In this document: positions 1 through 13,695 of the stretch, one piece after another
Layout: every line of letters starts with the position of its first letter
Numbering within the stretch: the first letter of the stretch is position 1
Assembly: GCF_004010195.1 (NCBI RefSeq)
Contig: NC_057719.1
Span: forward strand, 85,318,923 to 85,382,922
Source: Chiloscyllium plagiosum
Taxonomy: Eukaryota
DNA: 64,000 nt
Direction: 5' to 3'
The notes under the pieces: model-generated
Database searches by the model: none
What the model was told of the DNA's origin: nothing
Seen by the model: the letters and a program-made list of their open reading frames with translations, nothing else
Position numbers and translations under genes: made by a program

Positions 1-21
1 GAGAGAGAGAGAGAGAGAGAG
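1..21. repeat. (GA)n microsatellite, truncated by the window edge
   Basis: gagagaga... run at the window start. Confidence 0.9.
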
Positions 22-164
22 CGCACAAGCGAGAACGAGAAGCTGAGCGCAACTTGCAGTTCTCTGGTACAATTACCTCATTTCAGCTGAATGATTTAGT
101 GAAGTGGAGAACAATGTTACAGGCTCAGGCCTGGGTTTGTAAGAGTATTAAGGAGTTTTAAGGA

Positions 165-184
165 TTCTCTTTTTATTCCAACAG
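165..184 (+). other. Putative splice acceptor of the CDC42EP-like coding exon
   Basis: Polypyrimidine tract plus CAG ending at 184. CDC42EP genes typically have a non-coding 5' exon spliced onto the main coding exon. Confidence 0.6.
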
Positions 185-289
185 ATATGTGCCACCAGGA
201 GCCAACTTGGCCACCAAGCTTTTCAAAACCCTCTTTGCTGTAACTAAACCTTCCAAACTACATTGGGCAAGTTGTGAGGTGATCAGAAA

Positions 290-868
290 ATGTCTATCAG
301 AACATCCAGCCACTTCAAAACTGGGATTGCAGGAAAGAGCAAGAAGGTGAAACTGCGGGACGTCTTGTCAACAGACATGATTAGCCCCCCACTTGGGGAT
401 TTTTGCCACAGATCGCATATTGGCAAGAGTGGAGAGAGCGACACATTTGGTGACATGTCTTTCCTCCAGGGACAGCATGATCTCCTGTCAACCTTAGGTA
501 CATCAAAAGACCTAGAGGGTAGGGGGCCCCCAAAACCCCCTCGTCTACACCTGAAAGAGTCTTTCAATCTGGCCCATAGTGCGTCAGTCGATACTATGCC
601 AGCCACTATCAAACCTACAAATAATCAACCAATTGCTGACTCAACCACCCTCCACCACAACCGATCAGGGGGCTCACATGAAGAGTTAGCCGATGGTCAG
701 AAAGCCGATGAGAATCAGCAACAAACTGAAGATTTAGAAGCACAACAGTGCCCAACTGAGACTAAAGTTTATGAGTGTCCGTCAGACTCCATGTTTTCAT
801 TTAAGATAGATTTGGGACCTTCAATATTGGAAGATATTCTCAAAGTTATGGATAATTACAGATGCTAA
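290..868 (+). CDS. Cdc42 effector protein (BORG/CDC42EP family, CDC42EP2/3-like), 192 aa, single coding exon; probable C15orf62 orthologue nested antisense in DNAJC17
   Basis: The ORF has a basic stretch (KSKKVKLRD), a CRIB motif ISPPLGDFCHRSHIG (380-424), DTFGDMSFL, PPKPPRLHL and a C-terminal BORG-type motif FSFKIDLGPSILEDILKVMD. A pyrimidine-rich acceptor (ttctctttttattccaacag, AG at 183-184) lies upstream. Confidence 0.9.
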   Translation: MSIRTSSHFKTGIAGKSKKVKLRDVLSTDMISPPLGDFCHRSHIGKSGESDTFGDMSFLQGQHDLLSTLGTSKDLEGRGPPKPPRLHLKESFNLAHSASVDTMPATIKPTNNQPIADSTTLHHNRSGGSHEELADGQKADENQQQTEDLEAQQCPTETKVYECPSDSMFSFKIDLGPSILEDILKVMDNYRC

Positions 869-3789
869 GACTTCACATTTTGTTAGCTGCTGAAGAATGG
901 CAGCAAATTAGGCAGAATAATGCCAACCTTCATTCAAAGTCTAACGACACCCTAACTCATCCAGTTGTCAAAGAAAGAAAAGTTTATTATTAATGAATAT
1001 TTAGTAATAAGCAAGGCGGAAAATTGTAAGTAAACCTCATACAGTATCACATTCACATGACTCCAAACATTATGACACTTATCAATTGATCTGTGATAAA
1101 AAGGGCTAAGGGGAAAATCTCACAGGAATGAGGAGTTTGTAAGAGTGATGTGCTCTCGAGGGTCATCTGCATGGCAGCTTGCAAAGGTTTTCAAACTAGC
1201 ACAAGCATTTTTAGCGCACTGTGATCTATATCTAATGCTCTTTTATTTCCCATACCCTGCCATAAGGTGGCAACTCATCATTCCCGAGCATCTGGAATTT
1301 AGCAAGAGGAAGCACAAGACAGTAGACGGGAAGTTTCATTTTCCAAATTGCTCCTCCTTCCACTTTATCCCTTTGCTAATGGCAGAACAGGCATAAGAAT
1401 GGGAGAGGCCCATTTAGCCCCTGTGCCTTTCCCAACTACTGACTCAGACCATGACTGATAGGTATACTAACTCCACCTACCAATCTCTGATCTTCTCAAT
1501 CTTAACATTCTGTGCAACAAAAGCCTGTCAACCTGAGATTGGACCTGCAGTTTCAATGGCATTCTTTAAGATAGAAGGAGATAAGAAAGATGGAAGTTGC
1601 ATATTTCCACTACCTTTGCATGAAAAAAAAGCTTCCTGACATCACCTTTGAACAACCTCGCTCTAACTTCAACTTTAGTTGTATACCTGTTCTTCTGGAT
1701 TCCCCCAAACAGACTGGAAATAGACAGCTCAACTGCATCACCGTTTAATCTGGTACACTCTCAAGTCAAGCTTACACAATCTGTTCTCTAAATGTAATCC
1801 TTTTAAATCAAGCAGGGCATGTTTTGTTAAGGAAAACCAGGTTCTGTTATCTGCAGTGCACTGAAGTAGTTGACACTATGCACCCTACGAAAAAGCACTG
1901 ATCTATTTCTAACACAAAACATCACAAATTTTTTTTTTTTACACAATGATGTGAATTACACAGGAACAAGAGGAGGTCATTCAGCACTCAAATAAAAGCA
2001 AAATGCTCGCTATGCTGGAGATTTGAAATAAAAACAGAAAATGCTGCAATGACTCAACAGGTCTGGCAGCACCTAAGGAGAGAGAAACAGCTAATGGTTT
2101 GAGTCCAATATGAATCTTCATCCTTGAAATGTTAACTCCATTTCTGTCTCTTCTCTGGCGCTACCAGTCTTTCTCTAGCATTCCCCATTCATTCCTCAAG
2201 ACTGTTTTGAATAGTTAATCAGATCCTGGCTAATCTATTTCTCATCTCCATTTATCCCTTGGTGGCCACACGGCTGATCTGCATCAACTTCAATTTATCA
2301 ACTGTTGGCCCTTTACCTTAACAAAGTTACAGTGAGCGGAGTCATGAAAATTTAAATTATTCCAGCATTTTGATGGGCAGAAAGAATATTTCCAGGTTTC
2401 TACCAACCTTCATGTGAACAATTTCTACCTGAGCTCACTCTGGAATGGGATAACTCCCTTTGGAATATGGGTACATCAGAACTGATGTACTAAAAAGTCC
2501 AAGGTCCACCTTGTTTTATCATCCCAATACATACAGTAATAACGGGAGTAATTGACCCGAGTAATCAATCGATCATTAAGACAAAGACACATGATTAGAA
2601 AACCCAGTGGTGACAAACATTGGAAATTATAGGTCAATAGAACCTGCTGTGTAGTTGTCATATCTCAGATTGCCTGTATTCCCAAAATATTACTTCCTGA
2701 AAGAAAACCCCTGCTTTCTATCTGCCTTGATCTTCCCTAGAATCTGAATGCACAGGTTGATCACCCTATATTTACCCTTTTCAAGGTAGGCCCTTCCTCT
2801 GGTTCTACAATTCTGAACAAGATGGAACAGCTGGTCATACTCTGGATTTATCTAAGAGCCTTTGTAATCCTAAATCTTCCAGAGAATATGGATAATTCAA
2901 ACAATCCAATTCCTCCAGCTCCTCAAATCATTCTGGATTCCCGTTCCCATGTTATTTCAATCACTGCAATAGCCTTTCTGAACTGGAGTGACAGACCTAT
3001 ACACAGCAGTCCAAGCATAATTGCAACAATTTAATATGTGGCAAGACTACTTCACCATTTCAGCTTTATTGCAATAACCTCATTTTTACAAGCAAACACA
3101 TGAATCATTTTCATTTTTCATGCATGTTGGTTTCTTTCTATTTAAGTAATATTTGCTGGACTTTCTTTTGTCCCGTTATGCAGCCTTTCTCACTGCCCGA
3201 CATTTAATTTAATCTGGCACCTGTTTGCCCAGTTTCTCTAACAGTTTATTGTATTCAGCTTTGATATCTACTAGTTCATGAATTTTGTATTATCTGCTAG
3301 AATTAAGACATAACAACAAGAGCAGGAGTAGGTAATTCAGCCCTTCGAACCTGCTCTGCCATTTGATATGATCGTGGCTGATCTCATCTCAGCTCAACTC
3401 CAATTTCCTACCTGCTCTCCATAATCTTTCAACCCATTACTAATTAAAAAAACGATTTCACCACTAGAGGAAACAGCTTGCTTCTTTAAATATTCTTCAC
3501 AATTCACCTGTTGTTTAACCTTCACAATGTCTCATTTGGCTTTGTATCAAAATACAAGCGTTATAAATAGTGACACACTACACCTTTGCCACTAAAATGT
3601 TGGTGAAGCATTCACCTCAGGCTGTATTCGCTGTGAGAAACACTCAACACAGCAGCTACAGATGATATCACCCTAAACTCGTCTACAATATTTGTACTTT
3701 CTTATACAAATTGAGAGCAATTGTTTCCCAAATCGAAGCTTACTGCACTAAAAGTAGCACAGTGGTAGCATGGATATGAAATTGGCTAA

Positions 3790-4600
3790 GGGACAGAAAG
3801 CAGAGACTCGTTGTGAACAGAGCTGATATACAGTGGTGTTCCTCCATTTTGGATACGTAATAAGCTGATCATCACTTCAAAGTTGGGCAGATGATAGAAA
3901 ATTTGAAAACATTTCAATGACTGGTAAACTTCAGGAGGACACAGACAAGCTGGTGAAATAGACCAAAATGGGATGCAATTCAATTAGAGAATTATGAAAT
4001 GATACATTTTGGTTGAATGAATAAGCAGAAGCAATTTAAACAAATTTTATAGTGGGCTCAGGATCAGAGCCACCTGGGATTTAAGTATAGATATCTTTGA
4101 AGTAGATGTCGAGATGGTTGTTAAAAACGACGTATGGAGTCTTTGGTTTTATGAGTAGAAAATCTCTGGTGAAACCCTACTTAGAGACTGAGGCCAACTT
4201 TAGACATCAGAGTTTTGGAAGGATGTCAAAGATGAAGAGAAAATTGAGCACAATATTACTAAAGGTAAGGGAATCTGATTCACAGAAGTTGGTGTTGATC
4301 GCCTTAGAGTAGAACAGGATAAGAGAAGACTTAGTACAGCCATTCTTTGAAAACAGTTAATAGGGAGAAACTATTCCCAGTGGCAGAGGAGCTGTAACCA
4401 GACTTCACAGGCTTAAGGAAATTGGCTAAAAGAAACAACAGTGAAATGGGGAGTTTTTTTTAATACAACACGTTAGAACGGCCTGGAATGCACTACTTCA
4501 CCAGTTTGATGTAACTATCAAAAGAATAAACACTTGAAAGTAGAGAAAACGGCAACACAATGGGAGAAACAAAATAGGGACCGGCTCCAGTACAATGGCG
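3790..4600 (+). mobile_element. Old, degenerate CR1-type LINE 3' fragment
   Basis: Decayed RT C-terminal motifs (agtggtgttcctc, tgcaattcaa...atacattttgg, cctggaatgcact). Confidence 0.55.
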
Positions 4601-4804
4601 CAAGTGGCCAGCCTTTGTACAATGACATCTATGGTTCAATTAAATATTCAAAAAGACAACTTGGGCAGCATGATCAGTTTCTTCTGCCTTGTACATTTGG
4701 TATGCAAAGTTTTGAGTTGATTCACAATGAGATATAGAGGTGTGGTTTCATCTGAACTCCCATACTACTTTAAACCAATAAATCTTATTGTAGCATTTGA
4801 AATA

Positions 4805-5005
4805 CAGGTCGCTCTGCTATAACGTGTATTTCACCAGCGCGAATTGGTTATAATGAGATTGACGAATTGTGGACATTGTTTGGAAAACGTGAACTTTCTG
4901 CTGAACGAGTATAGGGATTTTCTATTCCTGTTTTTCTACTGCGTGATTTTCTATAGCACAAGATTACAGAGGAACACAACTGTCACGTTATAGCAGAACA
5001 ACCTG
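4805..5005. mobile_element. MITE of Tc1/mariner-pogo (Tigger-like) type
   Basis: 22-bp terminal inverted repeats (caggtcgctctgctataacgtg / cacgttatagcagaacaacctg, 2 mismatches), with TA on both flanks (4803-4804 and 5006-5007). Confidence 0.8.
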
Positions 5006-6829
5006 TACCTTTCTCCTCTTCACCTTTATAGCTGTGTATAAATTTCATTTATGTAGGGTGACAATACTTTTGATGAAACATATTTTGATTTATTCATGTA
5101 TAAGGTCTGTCTGGATTTAGACGCTATGCTAATCTTCATGAAGTTGCAAATAAACAGTGGTATTATAGACAGAGGTGCACAGAGTGTGTAATATACAAGA
5201 GTCATAGATCTACATCTACAGAATCTCACTATCAACCTCTTGGTCACTCCCTGAAAAAAACAGAGGGAACCAAATGATGTGGAACATCCTTTGAGACCAC
5301 AGAATTTATTTACATTACACAGATGTACAAAAATCGAAAGAACTTGTATAATAAATACTGAGCACATTTGTGATCAGTGATTTTGAGCAAGCAAGACTCA
5401 TCACCAAAGTGAAACTGTGTCAAATACTAGCATAAAATCCAGTGAGGATGCTACTCTTACAATGAGCAGGTTAAAAACCTTTACATTCCAGACAAAATGG
5501 AATTGAAAAGGAATGCATGAAGCCATCATAATTAATTTGCCAGAAACACGAAATGAAGGACAAAAGCACATTCACTAAAGACAGAAGTTCAAAAGGTTCA
5601 AGACAAAAGGTGCTTTACTTCACAAGAGCGGTCAGGAAGTATTACATTGATGTTTTAGGACAATGAGAGGACTTGGGAGCTCTGAGGAAGGAACGTTAAG
5701 ATTGGGAGGCAGTGCAAGGAGTGAAACAAAAGAATGTCCATTTGAAAATCAAACCAGGTTTCCAAAGGTTTCACCAACTTATAAGACACTTAATGAGTGC
5801 TCTAAGTATCACATGTATGGATCTGACTTCTCAAGCCACTGAAGTATATAAACCTGATAACATTGAACAGACAGTCTTACAAATACAAATTCTGAGGGTA
5901 CTTGCATGTTGACATCAGTTCTCACACTTGTTCCAAAAATACTCCTTGATTGAGCTTTTACAAGTTCAGAAATAGATTTTGTTCTCCATATATTAAATAA
6001 ATGTTTGAGCTGATGTCAATGTGGATCCAACAGAAGAGGTTCAAATGCCAGCATTGTCCAATTTACCTTAATAGAGACAGTCCAAACTAAATTACTGAAA
6101 GGCAATGAAAACAATACTGACCCACTCTCACTACCTAGCAGAGAACACGGAATTGTGATCAGAAATGAGTGAATTCCTCCCACCTCCACCATTGATTTGG
6201 ATGTCTAGGCATATGGAATAAAGGCAGCTGAATAGAGTTATGGCATTGTTTAGTATGATTAATAATCTGCTAATGGTAGATCAGGCAGGATTCTTACACT
6301 CCTTAGGCTCAGACATTAAAACCAACTATTGGCTCCTTCCAGGACTTTTTTTTTTAAACTTTGCAATTTCAGGTATAGAAGAGCATTCTGGGCTGCTAAG
6401 TCTGTGATAATGATACTCAGTTATGATAATGTGATTTAAAGAAGACACTGCATTTAGTCAGGATTCAAAATATTAACATTTCTAGAATTCAGATGTCAAA
6501 TCGTTATTTATCTGTGGGTAATTAGGTTCAGTGGGAACATCTCAAAAAGAAACGATGCACTTTTATTGAATCAGAGGTGACCTTTTTTCTCTTATGGACC
6601 TGACAGCTCTTTGGTACGCAATCTGAGCAGCTTTCCACAAATGCGCTTATGTAGCAAACATTAAGAGGCTATTCAAGCACATCACAACAAAGTACAGTGC
6701 TGTTCTCATCCCACACATTCACATTTTCTTCACGGGTCATTGTACAGCAATCTGGGCCATGAAACTGCTCGATTTCATCCCTGTCCACCTCAGCATACTG
6801 GCAAGGCCAACTCCAACAAGCCTGCAGAG

Positions 6830-9070
6830 ATCTGCTAATTTAGCATGGAGCTGAAATGAAGAGAGGGATGACCTTAGTTCAGAAAATCAGGATGTAGAAA
6901 TGGACTGGGTAGAGATGAGGGATGACAAAGGCAAGAAGTCACTTGTTGGCCCCTAACAGTGACAACACAATAGATGGGGCAACCAAGGAAGAAATAATGC
7001 GAGTTTCTAAAAAAAGAGTACAGCAATTATCATGGGAGGTTTTCAAATAGATCTAAACTGCAAAAATCCAAATGATAAATGACAAAATTCATAGAATATT
7101 TTTGGGCAAGTTGCTAAGAACAGCATGTTCTGGCAACAAGCAGAGAGCAAGCTATGCTGCATCTGGCATGGATCAACAAGGTCAGGTTAATTGATGAATT
7201 CATAGTGGAAGTGCCCCTCAGCAATTGTGATCATTATATGATTGAATTTTACAGACAGTTTCAGAGAGAGAAGACTGGATATTAAACTAAGCATTTAAGC
7301 TTAAATAAGAGCAGCATAAGAGCATAAAAGCAGAGCTTCCTCACATGAACCTGCAATTTAGATTAATGGACAAGTTAATAGAGACATATTGGCGGATGTT
7401 TGAGGAGATATTTTGGAATGAACAGAATTTATCCAATAACAAATAAAAGTTTTAAAGGGAGGATAACTCTCTATTGTTAGCTAAAAAGATTATTTTAAAC
7501 TTGAGGAAAAAGCATACAATTATGCAAAAATGGGTGTCAGGTTAGATGATTGAACAGAATATGAAAAACAGTAAAGAATGACTCAAAGGTTAAAAATAAA
7601 TGAGTAAAAATTAAGAGTATGACAGAAAGCTAGCTAAAAATACAAAGACAGATATTAAGAGTTTCCATAGATGTTTAATAAAGAAAAGGGTTATCAAAGT
7701 AAGACTGATAAAGAGAAGTCTGGAGAATTAAAATGGCAAATAAGATGATGACAGACGAATTGAACAGGCATTTTGCATCTTCTTCACTTTAAACAATACA
7801 AGTGACATCTCAGTAATATCTCAGATGTCATAATCAGGCTACAAAAGGATGAAAATATATCTGAGTGAGTGAGCAAAGATTTGGGAAATGAAATATAATG
7901 TAGGAAAATATGAAGTTGTCCATTTTGGCAGGAACCTGTGGAAGTAGATTTAAATCTACCAGAGAAGTCGCACTTAGCAAACTGTTGGAAACAGTGGGTC
8001 ATAATGTCTGCAGGTCCTGATGGTTTTCATCTTATGGGCTTAAAAGAAGTGGTTAGTAACAAAGCTGGTGCATTGATTTTAACTTTTCAAAATTGACTTG
8101 ATTCGGGAAAGGTGCAATTAGATTGAAAAATAGCCAAAATTAATACATTCAAAAAAAGAGAGAAACCAAAAAACAGGAAAGTGTAGACCAGGTAGCTTAA
8201 CATCGATCACAAGTAAAACACTAGAAGTTTCTATTAAATTCAACATAATCAGTCAGAGTCAACATGATTTTGTGAAAGGGAGATGTGTTGAATCAATTTA
8301 TTGGAGTTCTATTAAGTAGTAACATATACTATCAGTGTACAATGTACTTAAACTTTCATAAGGTGTTTGTTAAAGTGGTACATCAAAAGGTTGCAACAGA
8401 AGATAAAAGCTCATGATATAGGCAGTAACATATTAGCATGGGCTGAAGCTTGGAAAGCTGACAGGAAAGAGGCAGGAGGCATTTACTGGTCGGCAAGATA
8501 CAATGAATGGAAGCAATGCTGGGGCCTCAACCATTTACAATGTATATAAATACTTGAAAGAAGGAGCCAAAAGATATGGCTTGCCAATGGTACAAATTAG
8601 GGTGGAAAGTAAGTTGTGAAGCAGTTGAGAGGACGTTACAAAAGAATGCAAATAACTGAGGATCTGGCAAATGGACTATAATGTGCAAAAGTACAGAATT
8701 GCCCATTTTGACAGGAAGTAACATTTCCTTTAAACTGCATGTGCAGCCGCTCCAATTTTCCATGCACAGCGATTGGTACAGGCACTCCGATCACAGCAGA
8801 GACTTCTGTTTCTGGGAGTCACTGCTGTGCATGGGCTTCAGAGGCCTGAGCTTTCGCTGAGAAAATTAGCAGGAGCACTATCAGTAGCAATAAAACAAAA
8901 GCACACTATCTCAATTGTGAGAAATTGTAGAGCTCTGGGTGTTCAAATACATGAATTGTAAAAAGGTTAGTGTGCAGATACAAGTAATTAGCAAGGTTAA
9001 CACAACATTATCATTTATTGTGAGGGGAACTGAATACAAAAGGTGGCAGGTACGTAGTTATATGGGGTAA
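6830..9070 (+). mobile_element. Degenerate CR1-type LINE ORF2 fragments (endonuclease region to RT), rearranged
   Basis: Remnants such as aattatcatgggaggttt, ggtcctgatggttttcatc, agtcaacatgattttgtgaaaggg, and ORF 8367 (RLQQKIKAHDIGSNILAW). Confidence 0.7.
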
Positions 9071-11639
9071 TTAAGAATAAACCATATTGCTGTGGGTCTA
9101 ATCACATGCTGGCCACACCAGGTAAGGACAGATTTTCTGCCCAAAAGGACATGAGTGAACTAGATTAAGTTTTACAATTACTGAAACTGGCTTTATATTT
9201 ATAATTAAATTCAAATTCCATTAGCCACCACAATGATATTTGAACTCCTGCCTCTAGAGATTGAACCTGGACTTCTAGAAGAATCCAGTGTAATTACTAC
9301 CTGCTACCATCTATACCTATTATGGGTGTGTTGAAATTGGGGTGCATAAATAAAACTGAACTGTTCTAGGATTCACTGTGTAGCTATTAAAGCAGTACTT
9401 AACTTTCCAAAATACTAGCTTATGAAAAGAAAGGGAAAACTTATGTAAGGCAGAGGTCACAATGCCCAAGACTAGCATCAGCAATTCATCTGGCGTCAAA
9501 CGCACCCCATTATCAGTTTGTTGGTTTTGAAAATAAGCTTAAAAAGCATGATCAACAAACCCACAAATGAAGGCAGGCAAGGGGACGATGATCATCCAAT
9601 AAGATGACTGGCTATCCCATGGCCATTGGCCAAAATGGTTCGGACACAGAGAAAGTAACCTTTCCCTAGAAATGACATAGCAATAAGTGACAGGCCTAGA
9701 GAGAGGAGTACTCAGGATAGAAGGCCCCAGGATAGGCCCACAGGGGCTAGGCCAATTCCACACTGAAAAACACACTGGGGGCCAATGAAATTAGAGAAGC
9801 TGGAAAAGCTGCACAAGGTCTAAGATAGTTAAGAAGTCAGATTCCATGCTGGAATATCTTTGCCAGGGCGAAGTCAAATCTTCTCTGGAGGATCTGCACA
9901 GGAAACAAGAAAAGAAACACAGAGTGGAGTTTCTCCTAAACAGCAGTTCTCAGCAAGCAGGCCTTATAGGCAGCTGTCTTCATTGAACAGTCTTCACTTG
10001 GCAGATGGAAGACAGATCAGAAGGAGAGGAGGAAGACCCAAGGAAGAGCTCCCTAACAACTCGCCTAGAGAGCAAGATGCTGTCCCTACTGCTTTAACAA
10101 GACAGAAACATTCTGTGTCAACAGCCTATTTGTCCCCAGTATGTGAACAATCCCCAATTGTTACAGTTGTAAGCTGTATCGTACCTAAACTACTGCTGCT
10201 TAACAACCTCAATAAACTACCAGAAAATTGCTAACACATCCTTGACTGCTTAATTGTGATCACAAACCCCTAAACACAACTGTTATAAACAATACTAAAC
10301 TATCCCATTGTGGTGCTATCATCCCACAAAAATAATTTTCCAGAGACATTTTTGTCAAGCATAATTCTCTTCTCTGTAAGATTGTGTTCTGCAGCTATTC
10401 ATAACAAAAACCACCTCGGTTTCTGACATTTGACTTGTATTTCTATTTTATTTATAGATGGGGTCAATACCACAGATGCAGAGCTTATAGTGCAGTACAC
10501 TGAAAATATTACACAATTCCTATCAATCTGATTCAGCCCTTTCAACTCAATTTTTTGAAAAGAGCAATCTCGGATATTTATGGTGATGCTGAAGCGCTTT
10601 GATTTACAGATCTGCTGATACCAGGGATAGAAGGTTAGAATGGCAAATAGGTATGGTAATGGTTCAAAGTTTTTTTTTTCTATAGCAGATTGGCGTTACT
10701 AAACTAAACAAGGTTTTTGAGTAGGGTTCCTTAACCTGCTGTGAAATGATTTGATTTACAGAGAGCTAGAAGCATCTCATTAAATAATTTAAGGATCCAA
10801 AATGTTTATACAACTGGTATATATTCAACAGACCACGTTTTGAAGAGAATATTTGGTTATAGTTCGATCTAAATGACACAGCACCTACTGCAAGTTCTGA
10901 GCGACCTCAGAGCCTGCCACAGCACACTGAGAACCTCTACTGGTATATAAGCTGTCACTGCAGCCCACCACTCAATCCTGCAGTTTATTTTGGTCCAACC
11001 TAATAAATAACCATCTGTGTAAATTTGGATACAAAGATTGTTTCTCCCATGCATGTAACTTGCTTTCCCTTCCTCCATAAGTATCAAGAAAACAGTCATA
11101 ATAGGACATGGGATCAGAGTTTCCAATGCCAACAGTGGCGAAAGTTGAGGGATCGACCACTTTAGGATCTGTCGAGACACCTTGACATATGTAATTGCTC
11201 CAGTGGACTGATCTGCACTGGCCAGACATCCCATAATGTCTCCTGCACTGATTTGTGTCAGAAACCTGGATACATGCTATTTACCTTGGATATTTAACCT
11301 GGAAGCATTACAATGTTTAATCTCTGCTGTAATTCAGTGATTCAAAGATTAACTCAACCATTCACCACACACCTAGCCTGTGACACCTCCAACCATCCCT
11401 CACCTACATATCTAGATACTCTGAATCCCACCACCCTATATTTCAATTGTAATCCATGACTCAGCCCCCCTTGGGAATACCCAGAATACCCAGCCTAGGC
11501 ACCCTCAACCTAATGGCATCCCACTGAAAACCTCTGAATGCAGCAGCTGATGTTGTAAGTATGGTCTGTGGCCTTGTTCTGTTCTTCTTTACCTGTGGGT
11601 GGATGCACTGAGGCATCAAGAGAAGGGCTGTTTGGGCAG

Positions 11640-12750
11640 ATTGTAACTCCACCCTGTCAAGACCCTTCAGGATCTTGTGTGTCACTCTCCAGTATATACA
11701 GACCCAGTCTGTCCAACCCTTCATTGAAGGCAACACACCCATTCCAGTTATTAGTCCAGTAACCCTTCGCTGAACCGCTTCCAACACATTTACACCCTTC
11801 CTTAAATAAGGAGATCAATACTATACACAGTATGCCCGACGTGATTTCACCAATGCCCTGTTTAACTGTTTAATTATTTCTCTATTTTTGTATTTGATTC
11901 CTCTCGCAACAAGCAATTACATTCTATTAGCATATCTAATTACTTACTATGCCTGCATACTAACCCTTTGCAATGCATGCAGAAGGACACCCTAAGATCC
12001 CTCTGCATTTCAGAACACTGTAATCTCTCACCATAAATCATCTAGTTTATTCTCCCTGCCACAACTTCACATTTTTCCACATTGTTCTCCATTTGTCAGA
12101 TACTTGACCAGTCACTTGATCTATCTGTATCCTTTTGTAGCCTCTTTATGACCTCTTCACAACTACTATCTCTGTGTCATCAGTAAATTTAGCAACTGTA
12201 CCTTTGGTCCCTTAATCTGAACCATTTATAAAACTTGTTCAAAGTTGAAGCCTAAGTGCTGGCTTCTGTGGCTCACCATTTGTCCAACTTGCCAACCAGA
12301 AAATGAACCATTTCAGCCTACTCTATTTCCTGTTAGCTAGCTAATCTTCTTTCCATGCCAATACATTACACACTACATAATGGATTTTTACTTTCTACAA
12401 CAAACGTTGAATTGGCATCACGTTCAAATGTCTTCTGGAAATCCAAATGCAGTATGACCCTTTATCCACACCATGTTACTTCCTCAAAGAACGCCAATAA
12501 ATTGTTCAAACACAATTTCCCTTTCACAAAACTAGGTTAACCTACTCTGACTCCCTTGAACACTTTTCTAAGTGGGCCATTATAATTGATTTAATAATAG
12601 CTTCTAACATTTTCTCTGTGACAGATATGAAATTAACTGGCCTGTAGTTGCCTGCTTTCTGTCCATCTCCCTTGTTTGAAGAAAGCAGTTATGTTCGCTG
12701 TTTCCCAACCATATGGTACCTTCCCCAAATCTTACGAGATTGTGAAATCG
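11640..12750 (-). mobile_element. Degenerate CR1-type LINE fragment
   Basis: ORF 11461..11787 (LEAVQRRVTGLITGM...HKILKGLDRV) and further minus-strand RT remnants to about 12750. Confidence 0.8.
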
Positions 12751-13489
12751 GGTTCCAATTGTACAGTTACATGGAATATCTCTCCCAGGCATTTTTGTCA
12801 TAGTTGTCTGGTTCAAAGTCCTATTAACATTTGTTCTGCAGCTGGTGAATTGCTGTGTTACAAATTATTTAAGTGCTCACACAACACTTCAGCTGAAAAA
12901 TATATAAAGTAAACATCCCCCGACTCCTTAGCATCTTACGGAACAACAGCACAAACATTGTACTGGTTTTGCCAGACAACAGCTCACAGTAGGTTTGATG
13001 ACGTCCATTGAACGGAGCACAAAACTGCAAATACAAACTCCCACAGTGACTAAGCTGGTAAAACTACGCATTTAATAGACTTAAGTCAGCCCTAGCTCAG
13101 TGGGTAACTCATTGTCCTCTAGAGTCAAAAGCTCATCAATTTACGCAACTGAATACCCGAATCCATGAGGCAAACAGCAGTAGACAAAGGTCAAAGTGAT
13201 CAACACACAAGCACAGGCTTTCACGATGGATGTTGTCACACGGTCTAACTGCAGAGGATTTCGCAATTAAGCTGCAAACAATGGCCACGCACAACCAATT
13301 CAGAAGTGTGTAATCAGCACCAGGAATCTGGACAGATTTTCTGCTTAAATTAAGAACATCAACATCAGATCAAACTGAAAATCAAAGCTGGAATCTTCTC
13401 ACTTGTGTAACTCTGCCAATATTTTGAACAAAGTCCATCATAAAGCTCACCAGTTGGAAATTTCCTCCTTCAGCTATCAACTATTGTTT

Positions 13490-13695
13490 CATGGATAACA
13501 GTCTTGCATCTGGATTGAAAGGCTACAGGCTCAAATCCCAAATTGGGATTGACTAGTTGTGGGATCTAGCTGTGCAAAACTAGATTGCTGGGTTTCCTAC
13601 ATTACAATAATGGTTACTATTCCGAAATAATCATTGTCAGCAAATCACTTCGGAAGTTTCTGAGGGCGTGAATAGCATTGCATTAAACCGTCTTT
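13490..13695 (+). mobile_element. Ancient DeuSINE-like (SacSINE1/AmnSINE1-type) fragment
   Basis: gctgtgcaaaa...gtttcctacattacaa...cacttcggaagtttctgagggcgtgaatagc resembles the Deu-domain 3' end (recognised from memory). Confidence 0.45.

Noticed and set aside
283..612. 109-aa minus-strand ORF
   Set aside because: Antisense shadow of the CDC42EP-like CDS with no recognisable motifs.
9860..10234. 124-aa ORF
   Set aside because: Non-ATG start, no recognisable domain and no splice support.
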